Origin: a virus
Strand: one strand, 5' to 3'
DNA length: 49,413 nt
Virus record (IMG/VR): IMGVR_UViG_2582580504_000002
Shown here: positions 7,363 through 16,082 of the stretch, in pieces
Numbering within the stretch: position 1 is the stretch's first letter
How the letters are laid out: each line of letters starts with the position of its first letter
Translations under genes and position numbers: made by a program
The notes under the pieces: model-generated
The model's input: the letters and a program-made list of their open reading frames with translations, nothing else
What the model was told of the DNA's origin: nothing
Database searches by the model: none

Positions 7363-8231
7363 GCTGTCATCCCCTCCTGGATGACCTGCTCGATCATCTC
7401 ATCCAGCGTCTCGGGATCGTCTCCGAACGCGTCGAGGGTCGCCTGATCGGGCCCGTTGAGGCCGTGTCGCTTCCGGAACGGCTCCGGATGCTCGATCTGG
7501 CCCGGCTTCGCGCCGATGTGCAGTTGCGGGTTGCCCTGCTCAGGCATCCCCATCACGTCGACGCGCTTCCCGAGGATGATCACGCGCTCGCGGTGCTGCG
7601 GGACGCCGTAGTCGGCCGCGTCGACCTTCTCCCAGGTGACGTGGTAGCCGCCAGCGGCGAAGTTCTCGCAGACCTCCATGATAGCCTTCCCGTCCTTCAT
7701 CGTCGCCAGCCCGGGGACGTTCTCCATCACGAAGAACACGGGCTTGGCTTGGTGGACGATCCGGACCATCTCGAGGTAGAGCTCGTTCCGCGGGTCGTCC
7801 TCCTCGCGTTTCCCGATGTGCGAAAAGCCCTGGCAGGGCGGGCCGCCGGAGATCGCGGTGATCTGCCCGACGCCCTTGCCCGCGGCTTCGAGGATCTCCC
7901 AGGTGGCGACCTTCGTGATGTCTCGCTCCATCAGGACTGGCGGCTCGTCCTGGTCGAGTTGGTCGCCGCCGATCAGGTTCCGTCGGAAGGTGTCGGCGGC
8001 GTGTTCATCCGCCTCGACCGCGACGAGATTCTTGAACCCCGCCTGATGGAAACCAAGGTCGAATCCACCGATCCCGCTGAACAGCGAGACGTGTGTCGGC
8101 GGATCCGTGTAGCCGATCCGGGCCTGGATCTCTGACGGCTCTTCGTACTGCTGGGTGCCGAGGAACTGACTATCCTCCAGTAGCGACTTCGTCGCGTTCC
8201 CAGCGCCGCCCGCAGAGTTATCACTCGACAT
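7359..8231 (-). CDS. DNA (cytosine-5)-methyltransferase-like protein, motifs I-VIII only
   Basis: LFSGIGG (I), GGPPCQGFS (IV), MENVPGL (VI), DYGVPQHRERV (VIII); no TRD or motif IX/X visible; start 8231 after AGGTGGGCG. Confidence 0.88.
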   Translation of the reverse strand: MSSDNSAGGAGNATKSLLEDSQFLGTQQYEEPSEIQARIGYTDPPTHVSLFSGIGGFDLGFHQAGFKNLVAVEADEHAADTFRRNLIGGDQLDQDEPPVLMERDITKVATWEILEAAGKGVGQITAISGGPPCQGFSHIGKREEDDPRNELYLEMVRIVHQAKPVFFVMENVPGLATMKDGKAIMEVCENFAAGGYHVTWEKVDAADYGVPQHRERVIILGKRVDVMGMPEQGNPQLHIGAKPGQIEHPEPFRKRHGLNGPDQATLDAFGDDPETLDEMIEQVIQEGMTA

Positions 8232-8628
8232 CGCCCACCTCCGTCGGCTCGAACTCGTGACCCAGTTCCTCGAGGGCGGCCTCGACCGACAGGAGCAGCT
8301 GGTCTTCGACGCTACGGTCGAACGTCTCGGGCGGCCGGAGCTGCTCGCCGCCGTAGGGGTCAAAGATCGCCGCCGGGACGACCTGATCGGTATCCCACCA
8401 CGCGTGGGCGTGGTAGGGGTCGATCGTCATTTCGCGGTCGCCGGCGACGCGGTACTCGCGCTGCTCGCCGTCGGCGTTGATCGCGACGAGCCACTCCCGG
8501 TCGTGGTCGACGTCGGGCACCTCGTCGGTCCAGACGCCGTCGATCCCGCTGCCGTCCTCGGGGACGTCGCCGCGGGCGTCCGCGAGTTCGGTCAGGCGGA
8601 CCATCAGCGCGGACAGTTGATCAGCCAT
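8221..8628 (-). CDS. Hypothetical protein
   Basis: Acidic ORF; GGTGA SD before ATG 8628; overlaps both neighbours. Confidence 0.7.
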   Translation of the reverse strand: MADQLSALMVRLTELADARGDVPEDGSGIDGVWTDEVPDVDHDREWLVAINADGEQREYRVAGDREMTIDPYHAHAWWDTDQVVPAAIFDPYGGEQLRPPETFDRSVEDQLLLSVEAALEELGHEFEPTEVGDVE

Positions 8629-9025
8629 CAGGATCACCGTCTGAGATCGCTTCTTGGGCTCGCTCGAGGGCATCACGTGCGCCTTCTGGATCCTGCCGCT
8701 CGAAGGCAGCCTCGATCTCTTCGAGTTCAGACTCCACTTCCCCGATCTGCTCGTGGGCTTCTTGCAACTGTTCGCGGTACTCGGCGACCGTCCCTACGTC
8801 CTCGCAAACAACGCTTTGAAGCTCCGAGAGTAACTGCGGATGGTTCTCTGCCAGTAATTCGACATCCTCTGGAAGCTCACCCTGAATCTTGTTCCGTGCC
8901 CTGGAAATCGCCTGGTATCGGCGGTTCTCGTCGTCCGGATCCTCTTCAGCGATCAATTCCCGCTCACGATCGGTAAGCAACGCGCGTCGTCGTGCCATCG
9001 TAGTGGCGGGTTGTTTTACTTGCAT
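8621..9025 (-). CDS. Small haloarchaeal regulator-like protein (ALLTDREREL family) with C-terminal coiled coil; candidate repressor
   Basis: RRALLTDRERELIAEED...RYQAISRARNKI...HPQLLSELQSVVCE; first gene of the leftward operon, TATA-like TTTATTGA ~30 nt upstream. Confidence 0.65.
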   Translation of the reverse strand: MQVKQPATTMARRRALLTDRERELIAEEDPDDENRRYQAISRARNKIQGELPEDVELLAENHPQLLSELQSVVCEDVGTVAEYREQLQEAHEQIGEVESELEEIEAAFERQDPEGARDALERAQEAISDGDPDG

Positions 9026-9125
9026 TACCATATGTGAACACGGTTCCCATATCAATAAACCTTCCCACAAACTGCAACACTCCCATAACAGCATACGTTA
9101 CCACATAGGCAAACCTTTAAGTCAA
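9026..9125. promoter_or_regulatory. Divergent promoter region with five T(C/A)CCA(T/C)A repeats at ~18-bp spacing
   Basis: Repeats start at 9026, 9045, 9063, 9081, 9099; leftward TATA TTTATTGA (~9052-9059), rightward CTTTAAG (~9116-9122). Confidence 0.7.
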
Positions 9126-9219
9126 TGGCCGCGTTAGATGTAGCTGAGTACGGGACAGGGCACCTCGCAGAAGGTGGCCGGCGCGTTAGAGCGCGTCCGA
9201 CCGTGCTGTGAAACAGCGT

Positions 9220-9711
9220 ATGAGTGTTCAGACACCCACCGACGAAATGGTTTCGAATGCACAGACCGACGCCGACGGCGACACCGGCGTCGAAGAACTC
9301 CTCGAGCGCGCCGCGGACCGCGTCACGGTCCAGCGCGTCCTCGAGTACGTTCGTGGCGACGCCGACGCCGGCGACGTCCGCAAAGGCGACTGGTTCCAGG
9401 CAATCGAGACCGTCGCCGCCGAGACGGGCGAGGACCTCGTCGTGTTCAGCGCCCACGAACACGACGACGGCCACGATGTGGCGACGATCTGGGCCGTCGA
9501 CGACGACTTCGGCCGCATCATCCACGTCGGCTGGTCCGAGTGCCGGTTCCCGAGCAAGACGCCGGGCTTCACGGGCCCCAGCTACGTCAACCGCAACGAC
9601 GTCGAGGATCGCTTCCGATTCGACTCGGGGCGCCCGCGCGAGGTCCTCCGCCTCGAAGACGCGAAGCAGCGACTCCGCGAGTTCGCCGCTGCCCACGGAG
9701 GCGATGCGTGA
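9220..9711 (+). CDS. Hypothetical protein, first gene of the rightward operon
   Basis: Acidic ORF; ends with GGAGG SD and TGATG overlap. Confidence 0.7.
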   Translation: MSVQTPTDEMVSNAQTDADGDTGVEELLERAADRVTVQRVLEYVRGDADAGDVRKGDWFQAIETVAAETGEDLVVFSAHEHDDGHDVATIWAVDDDFGRIIHVGWSECRFPSKTPGFTGPSYVNRNDVEDRFRFDSGRPREVLRLEDAKQRLREFAAAHGGDA

Positions 9712-10196
9712 TGACGATCGTCAAAGACCCCGACGCCGTCGCACAGCGTGCCGAGGCCCAAGAGAAGGAGGGCGCGCAACGGATGCGGCGGCTAGCCGAA
9801 GCCCGCGCGGTCGCGGATCCGGGCCACGTTGAGGTGACGGACGGCTCAGAAATCATCGTCGCCGGCGACGACGGACTCCGCGCTGACGGCGGCGCCGAGA
9901 TAGACCAGCCGATCGACGTCGGCGATCACGTCCAGGACGAACAGGATCCCGACGCGACGATGCTGGTCGTCAACCTCGATACGCTCCAGGCGGACGCGTA
10001 CGAACTCGAGGATGGACCGACCATCGCGGACGTCAACCCCGAGTACCCTGCGGATGACGATGTCGTCGAGGTCGTCTACCCCGACCGGACGGATCTCTCC
10101 CTCGAGGACAAGGAGCGCTACGCGTTCCCGAAGCGGCGACTCGAGGTGGAGAACCGCGTCCATGAGCGCGACGGCGACGACGGAGGTGAGGAGTGA
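9711..10196 (+). CDS. Haloviral SH3-like domain protein with xxDGG linker
   Basis: DVGDHVQD...MLVV...TIADVNPEYPADDDVVEVVY...YAFPKRRL. Confidence 0.7.
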   Translation: MTIVKDPDAVAQRAEAQEKEGAQRMRRLAEARAVADPGHVEVTDGSEIIVAGDDGLRADGGAEIDQPIDVGDHVQDEQDPDATMLVVNLDTLQADAYELEDGPTIADVNPEYPADDDVVEVVYPDRTDLSLEDKERYAFPKRRLEVENRVHERDGDDGGEE

Positions 10197-10630
10197 TGGC
10201 GCGACGGAGCTACCGCGCAAACCAAGTCCTCAGCGACGCTGTCAGTGACCGCGTCGACGAGTTTGACTCGCGCGTCCTCGAGGATTGGATGCACTCTGTC
10301 GACGACGGCGACGACCTCGTCCACCACTACGCAGAGGCGATCGCGAACGCACAGCACGCTGCCGAGGAAACCGACGAGCGATACGGCTGGCAGGACGACC
10401 TCCACACCACGACTGACGAGGCAGTCCAGAACCTCGAGGCCGCCCTCAAGGACCACCTCGATGTCCTGGTTGCAGAGATATGCGCGACCGTCGCGAACCG
10501 AGAGGGTGACTGGATCGACCACACGGACGACGAGAACGTCGAGCCGGCTGTCCACGAAGCCCGCGACTGGTTACAAGCACATCAGGAGGCCGCTGAACGC
10601 GCCGGCGTCTGGGACGAGGTGACCGCGTGA
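10196..10630 (+). CDS. Hypothetical protein
   Basis: SD GAGGAG, TGATG overlaps, acidic. Confidence 0.7.
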   Translation: MARRSYRANQVLSDAVSDRVDEFDSRVLEDWMHSVDDGDDLVHHYAEAIANAQHAAEETDERYGWQDDLHTTTDEAVQNLEAALKDHLDVLVAEICATVANREGDWIDHTDDENVEPAVHEARDWLQAHQEAAERAGVWDEVTA

Positions 10631-10959
10631 TGGCGGCCGCTGGACCTATTCAGGACAGCAACGGCCTCGATCGGCGAGCACTCACAGAGTATCTGACCGT
10701 CCTCGAGGACATAGGTCGCGTCCGTGGTCTTGACGGGCAGTACCTCGTCGTCTCCGAGTCCGGATCGGAGTATCTCGTTGACGCACGACTCGAGACATGC
10801 GAGTGTCCAGACCACGAGTTCCGCGGGCGCGAGTGTAAGCACCTCAAGAGGGTTGCCTACGCGACCGGGAAGCGGCTCGTTCCGCCGATCGTCGAGCCCG
10901 AAGACATCGCTGGCGAACTGGGCGAACACTGCAGCGGGGAACCACGGTGGTCCGAGTGA
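10630..10959 (+). CDS. SWIM zinc-finger protein
   Basis: YLVDARLETCECPDHEFRGRECKHLKRV (CxC...CxH). Confidence 0.88.
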   Translation: MAAAGPIQDSNGLDRRALTEYLTVLEDIGRVRGLDGQYLVVSESGSEYLVDARLETCECPDHEFRGRECKHLKRVAYATGKRLVPPIVEPEDIAGELGEHCSGEPRWSE

Positions 10960-11195
10960 GCATCCAGACTGCGGACCTCGAGGCAGCTGCCAAAACCGTC
11001 CCGTCGCACTCGACGGTTCACGATGCCCGCCTCGTCGATCGGCGTGATCACGACGGTCGCCGTGTCCTCGAGATTGTGCTGGGCCCAGAGGTCGACCGCG
11101 TTCCGCCAGGCGTGCTGCGGTCACTAGCCGAGTCGGACTGCGGGATCGAAGCAGTGCAGCAACAGGGCGCGTTTCTGATCGCTGTCGCACGGTAG
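10956..11195 (+). CDS. Hypothetical protein
   Basis: GTGA overlap with the SWIM gene; 79-aa ORF. Confidence 0.6.
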   Translation: MSIQTADLEAAAKTVPSHSTVHDARLVDRRDHDGRRVLEIVLGPEVDRVPPGVLRSLAESDCGIEAVQQQGAFLIAVAR

Positions 11196-11252
11196 CCGGG
11201 AACACTCGTTTTTCGCAGGTTTAGCAGATACCGGACACAGTGGTGTGTTCAG

Positions 11253-11297
11253 CCTTAACCAACACGGTCCCCAGTCATCCACCGGTGTTGGTTAAGG
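11253..11297. repeat. 13-bp perfect inverted repeat upstream of cdc6
   Basis: CCTTAACCAACAC (11253-11265), 19-bp spacer, GTGTTGGTTAAGG (11285-11297). Confidence 0.85.
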
Positions 11298-11363
11298 TAG
11301 CGTAGATACTCTCCGAAACGATGCCCGTCAGACCTTTTATACTATCTACCAAAACAGTCTGCT

Positions 11364-12437
11364 ATGATAGAGAGTCGATGGGTGTTCTCCGACGATCGGC
11401 TACCCGATACGCTCCACCATCGGCGCGACGAACGCGACAAGTTACTGCGCGCGTTCGAGCCGCTAACCAGCGATAACCGGGCTGAGGACGTCTTGATCTC
11501 CGGGCCGTCCGGCGTCGGGAAGACCACGACCGTCCGGCACGTCCTCCGACGGGGCCTCCGTGATCATGGCTTCGACTCGGCGATCGTCAACTCGAGCAAT
11601 ACTCGCAGCGAGATCCTCCATGAAGCAGCGGTCAAGCATCCTACGGACACAGCAGTCCGTGCGCAGGCACCAGCCGAGAATCTCACTAGTACACTCGGCC
11701 AGATTGCCGATCGGCCATACGTAGTGGTTCTCGACGAGGCCGACACCATTCGCAACCTCGAGGTCGTCCGCGATCTCCTCGATGTCCCGAAGGTATCCGT
11801 CGTCGCGATCGCCCATAACCCACGCGAGTGGCTGGCCCGACTGGATGGAGAGGTCCAGAACTACTTCTCGATGCGCTCGCAGGTAGCGTTCGAGCGCTAC
11901 TCACAGGACGAGCTTGTGGACATCCTCGAACCACGGGTTGAGCAAGGTCTCGAATACGGAGCGATCCGTGACGAAGACGATTACCTGAGCTGGATCGCCG
12001 ACGAGGTCGCCGGGGTCGCCCGCTACGGGATCAAGTCTCTCTTATCCGCTGCGGAGTTCGCCGAAGAGCGCGACCACGATTACCTGCATGAGCGCGACGT
12101 CCGGGACTCGTTCGAGCGCGCGCGACAGAAGATGCGGAAAGCCAACCTCCGGTCGTTGCCGTTCGGTCCCTGTCTGATCTACGAACTGCTTCGGTACGCC
12201 GCCGACGATCTCGTTGAGGGGGCACGACTACACTCACTGTATGAGACCCACGCGCCGGCTGCTTACGCCGATCGGGACCACGAGCCCGTCTCACGGCGCC
12301 GGATCAACGACTATCTGACTAAGCTTGTCGAGTACGGGCTCATCGAACAACACGGAGAGAATAGATGGGCGGAGTACGAGGTGATCGATACGGAGCTCGG
12401 GGCCCCGGTTCAGCTGGAGCTACCGATAAACGCGTAA
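11364..12437 (+). CDS. cdc6: Cdc6/Orc1 family replication initiator
   Basis: Walker A GPSGVGKTT, Walker B VLDEAD, FERYSQDELVDIL, C-terminal winged helix; TATA CTTTTATA ~25 nt upstream. Confidence 0.93.
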   Translation: MIESRWVFSDDRLPDTLHHRRDERDKLLRAFEPLTSDNRAEDVLISGPSGVGKTTTVRHVLRRGLRDHGFDSAIVNSSNTRSEILHEAAVKHPTDTAVRAQAPAENLTSTLGQIADRPYVVVLDEADTIRNLEVVRDLLDVPKVSVVAIAHNPREWLARLDGEVQNYFSMRSQVAFERYSQDELVDILEPRVEQGLEYGAIRDEDDYLSWIADEVAGVARYGIKSLLSAAEFAEERDHDYLHERDVRDSFERARQKMRKANLRSLPFGPCLIYELLRYAADDLVEGARLHSLYETHAPAAYADRDHEPVSRRRINDYLTKLVEYGLIEQHGENRWAEYEVIDTELGAPVQLELPINA

Positions 12438-12452
12438 GGAACAGAATGGTGC

Positions 12453-12632
12453 CTAATCAGCAGTTGCGATCGCGGGATTAGACTTTCCCTCCTCGCGCGC
12501 CTCCTCAAGTTCCTCAATAGCAAGGTCGCGCAACCATTCTGAGACACCGGAATAGCCCTCTTTCGCCGCGAGAACGCGGATATCCTGCTTATCTTCTTCG
12601 GACACGTACGTTACGATCTGTTCCTTCGTCAT
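12453..12632 (-). CDS. Ribbon-helix-helix (CopG-like) regulator, 59 aa, absent from the ORF track
   Basis: MTKEQIVTYVSEEDKQDIRVLAAKEGYSGVSEWLRDLAIEELEEAREEGKSNPAIATAD, translated by hand. Confidence 0.8.
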   Translation of the reverse strand: MTKEQIVTYVSEEDKQDIRVLAAKEGYSGVSEWLRDLAIEELEEAREEGKSNPAIATAD

Positions 12633-12752
12633 AGTAGGACCATTCTAACACAACACCATAAGAATGCACCATTCTACAACACCATTCTATGCAGCCATTC
12701 GGCCATAGAGCCATAGAAGGATATAAGGGTAAAGCCACACAACAACGCAGCC
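12633..12752. promoter_or_regulatory. Divergent promoter with CCAT-core operator-like repeats
   Basis: ACCATTCTA x3 (12639, 12668, 12681); CCAT at 12656/12669/12682/12695 (13-bp period); GATATAAG TATA ~30 nt before ATG 12753. Confidence 0.75.
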
Positions 12753-12935
12753 ATGGGTGAGTACGTCAGCATTCAAATGCCGGATGAAATGATTGAGGAC
12801 ATCGATAGTCGCGTAGATGACGACAGCAACCGGAGCCAGTGGCTTCGTGAGGCTGCCGTCGCACGAATCAACGCAGAAGACGAAGGCGAGTGGGAGTCTC
12901 CTAATTCGTATACCGTCGAGAAGAACGTGCTGTAG
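12753..12935 (+). CDS. Ribbon-helix-helix (CopG-like) regulator
   Basis: YVSIQMPDEMIEDIDSRV...NRSQWLREAAVARI. Confidence 0.85.
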   Translation: MGEYVSIQMPDEMIEDIDSRVDDDSNRSQWLREAAVARINAEDEGEWESPNSYTVEKNVL

Positions 12936-12967
12936 ACTGGCACGTATCTTCACACCGATTTCAATAC

Positions 12968-13063
12968 AGAGGATGACACGACACACCCGAAACCGACTTC
13001 GTAAACGGCTGCCTACTGCGGCGTTCAGCGCTGCTAATGCCGTATTACTGTCGTGTATCCTCT
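12968..13063 (+). ncRNA. Candidate structured RNA element (attenuator or small RNA)
   Basis: 15-bp closing stem with one bulge (AGAGGATgACACGACA / TGTCGTGTATCCTCT) enclosing ACGGC/GCCGT and GCGGCG/CGCTGC helices. Confidence 0.4.
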
Positions 13064-13232
13064 CCGAAACGGTGCGCGTCACTTTAGAGAGGTATCGTAT
13101 CGTACGAACAATCAGCCGCTTGCGATCCACGTCGGGACGCGCTGCAACTGTCCAGGTTCTAGCGCGCCCCGACCGGTCGCAGGCCACAGACACCAATCCG
13201 GAGCGAGAATCGGCTCCGGAACGACTGCAACC

Positions 13233-13604
13233 ATGCAAACAGACACCAACGATACTGATAAGCGCAACGCCACGTCGCAGAGCACTAGAAACTCCAGTAA
13301 CGAGGACATTCAGTCCACTGCAGTTGACCTGACGAAGTTTCAGGTTCGGATCCTTGCGATCCTCACAGCTGACGATCGGTACGGTCTGGCGGTCAAGGAA
13401 GAGCTTTCTGCATACTACGGCGAGGAGATCAACCACGGCCGGCTCTACCCGAATCTTGACAAGCTGGTCGATCAGGACCTCGTCGAGAAGTCTGAACTCG
13501 ACAAGCGGACGAACAACTACAGCGTCACCGACCGTGGCCAGCGAGCCCTCGCGCACGAGACAGAATGGCTCGAGGATCAGATCAGCGAGGTCGATGGCGA
13601 ATGA
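13233..13604 (+). CDS. PadR-family transcriptional regulator
   Basis: DLTKFQVRIL...YGLAVKEEL...EINHGRLYPNLDKLV...KRTNNYSVTDRG. Confidence 0.92.
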   Translation: MQTDTNDTDKRNATSQSTRNSSNEDIQSTAVDLTKFQVRILAILTADDRYGLAVKEELSAYYGEEINHGRLYPNLDKLVDQDLVEKSELDKRTNNYSVTDRGQRALAHETEWLEDQISEVDGE

Positions 13605-13993
13605 AGCGCCACGTCCAGTACGAGCTCGAACCGACCGACCTCGAGGCGATGGTCGAGGGGCATCCGATCGATCTCGACGTCGAGAACGCGGACTCGGTGT
13701 CGATCACGACGGACGCCTACCCGAAGATCATGGACTCAGCCGGTGGGTTTCGGTTCGTCGACGAGCCCCAACAGCAGGTCGTCACGGACGGCGGGGAGGG
13801 TCCTGAAGCGACCGACCAGGACGTCAACGAGAACGTCGGGGTAGTGACGACCGGTGATCTCGAGGAGATCGACGTCACCCTCGAGGAGTCGCTGACCCGC
13901 GAGGGCGACCAGGAGGTCGTCCGCTGGACGGCGACGGCCGACGGCGTCGACGTGACGCTCGGGGCCGCGACCAACCGAGGTGACGAGACGTGA
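13601..13993 (+). CDS. Hypothetical protein with VTDGG motif
   Basis: ATGA overlap, acidic. Confidence 0.7.
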   Translation: MKRHVQYELEPTDLEAMVEGHPIDLDVENADSVSITTDAYPKIMDSAGGFRFVDEPQQQVVTDGGEGPEATDQDVNENVGVVTTGDLEEIDVTLEESLTREGDQEVVRWTATADGVDVTLGAATNRGDET

Positions 13994-14793
13994 CGGGAGA
14001 TCTCGAAGGGCTCTCGACACACGATCTCGTCGGGAAGGCACTGCTCGAACTCGGCGACCAAGACACCAAGGACGGCATCCCGAAGCAGGACGTCGTCCAG
14101 TGGGTCACGAGCCGGACCGAGCTAACCAGCCACGACGTCCGCGACGCGATCAGCTGGCTGCACAACAACGGCCACGTCTACGAACCAAAGAAGGGGCGGC
14201 TCCGGCGGACGACTACGGATGCCGACCGCTGGCTCGCAGTCGCGTGGCACGAGGCTCTCGTCGAGGTCCACGCCAAATCTGGCCATCACGACCCGAAGTA
14301 TCTCGCCGATCGGTACAGTGCCGAGACGCCCGATGAGGTCGGTCAGCTGGTCGACCAGGCTGGGAAAGAGGTCATCCGCAGCGGCAACGACAAACTGACG
14401 CTCGACGATCTCGACCGGGCCGAAGAGAAGCTCGAGGGCGCTGGCGACCACGAGGTCGCGACGGACGGCGGTGTCGATCAGTCCTTGACCGATACGGAAT
14501 GGGAGTTTCAGGAGGGCGAGACGCTGGTAAAAGAGGATGCCTCCGAACCGCCGACGATGCCGGGACTCGGTGGAAACCTCGAGACGGAGAAAACGGAGTA
14601 CACCGTTACCCATCGTCTCGTGGACGCTGACGAGGGTAGACGGTACTACAACCTCGAGTGGGAAGTGGACGCTCAGAAGGGCAGTATCAGCGACAAGAAC
14701 ACGCGAACCATGCTCTACAGCGCGTCTCTCGTTCGGATGCACTACCGTTCACTCGAGACGGATACTGATCCGAACGAGGGTGAGTCGGCATGA
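13990..14793 (+). CDS. Multi-domain protein with N-terminal winged helix (MCM/RPA32 C-terminal-like)
   Basis: VRDAISWLHNNGHVYEPKKGRLR; central helical segment; ATDGG linker; C-terminal beta domain. Confidence 0.65.
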   Translation: MTGDLEGLSTHDLVGKALLELGDQDTKDGIPKQDVVQWVTSRTELTSHDVRDAISWLHNNGHVYEPKKGRLRRTTTDADRWLAVAWHEALVEVHAKSGHHDPKYLADRYSAETPDEVGQLVDQAGKEVIRSGNDKLTLDDLDRAEEKLEGAGDHEVATDGGVDQSLTDTEWEFQEGETLVKEDASEPPTMPGLGGNLETEKTEYTVTHRLVDADEGRRYYNLEWEVDAQKGSISDKNTRTMLYSASLVRMHYRSLETDTDPNEGESA

Positions 14794-16082
14794 CTGCCGA
14801 CGCCGATGGTCTACGGCGTCTCGCCGACGTCGTTGATGCGCTCGGCGAAACGGCGATCGAGACCGACAACGCACATCTGCTCGAGGCCAACGAAGAGCAG
14901 ATCCGCGGGCGGGTGACGGTGACCGTTCCCGTCGACGGCGACCTCTTGATCGCCGGAACCAACGACGTCCAAGAGAGCGAACCCGAGACAACCGACGATC
15001 CAGACCCCGACGAGACCGCCGACGAGGAAGACGAGGCGGACGAAGAAGACGGGGAAGACGAGGATGGCGCCGAGACGAACGAAGAGCTGCTGGACCACAC
15101 CTCGACCGAGGACCTCCAGCGCGCGTACGACGAGGCCGACGGCAACATCAGCGTCGCGGCAGACCGGTTCGAGGTCAGCTACGGTGCGGTCTACCAGCGG
15201 ATGGTCAACCACGGCGTCCACGAAACGGAGAACGACGGTGACAACACAAACGGGAGCGGAACCTCCACCGAGGACGACACACCCACCAGTGATGTCGACT
15301 CTGAGTCAGAGGCAGAGGAAGACGTCGTCCTCGAGGGGGACTCCGCGGACGACGACGCTGGCGACGCCGGCGTCGACGTCCAGGAAGAGACCGATAGTGA
15401 CACCGACCGCGTCTGGTGTGGGTGGTGCGGCCGAAAGTACGTCGACGAAGAGGCCGTCCGCGATCACTGCAAGAACGACCACGACAAGGAACCCGCTGTC
15501 CTCGAGGCCGAGCCCGATCTCGAGTGCGACGGGTGTGGCCGGCTGTTCTACCGTCGGTCGGGGCTGACGAACCACCAGAACTCGACTGCATGCGGGGCGA
15601 AGCTTCCCGGTGACATCGACGAAGAGGACCTCGAGACGATCGTCGAGAACTCCGACTCACTGCTCGAGGTCAAGCGTGAACTCCGCACGCTAAAGCGGCC
15701 GCAGGTGCGACACCTGCTCGAGGAACGTGATCTCCTGAGCGAGCTGGCAGTCGAGTCGGGATCGCCAAAACAGGCGGTCGAGTCGATCGGTGACCCGTTT
15801 GATGACGACGAGCCGGTCGAACACCCCGACTGGCTGGCCCGTGACGCGGATGAGATTGTCGAGACCAGCCCCGTCGACTGTTCCCTCGCTGAGTTACTCG
15901 AGATCGTCAGCGCTGCCGAGAGCGCGACCTTCGCACGGCAGCAGATCGACTCGAGCCGGCCGCAGAAGGTGCAGGACCTACTCTGGCAGCTGGGGCTTCG
16001 GAACGCCGATGGGTCGCTGAAAGGCGAGTCAGAACTGTCCGATCGGGTCACCACGATCCGGGGGGTCTACGTCGATGACTGA
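14790..16082 (+). CDS. Acidic protein with HTH and zinc fingers
   Basis: GNISVAADRFEVSYGAVYQRMV (HTH); CGWC..HCKNDH and CDGC..HQNSTAC fingers. Confidence 0.8.
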   Translation: MTADADGLRRLADVVDALGETAIETDNAHLLEANEEQIRGRVTVTVPVDGDLLIAGTNDVQESEPETTDDPDPDETADEEDEADEEDGEDEDGAETNEELLDHTSTEDLQRAYDEADGNISVAADRFEVSYGAVYQRMVNHGVHETENDGDNTNGSGTSTEDDTPTSDVDSESEAEEDVVLEGDSADDDAGDAGVDVQEETDSDTDRVWCGWCGRKYVDEEAVRDHCKNDHDKEPAVLEAEPDLECDGCGRLFYRRSGLTNHQNSTACGAKLPGDIDEEDLETIVENSDSLLEVKRELRTLKRPQVRHLLEERDLLSELAVESGSPKQAVESIGDPFDDDEPVEHPDWLARDADEIVETSPVDCSLAELLEIVSAAESATFARQQIDSSRPQKVQDLLWQLGLRNADGSLKGESELSDRVTTIRGVYVDD

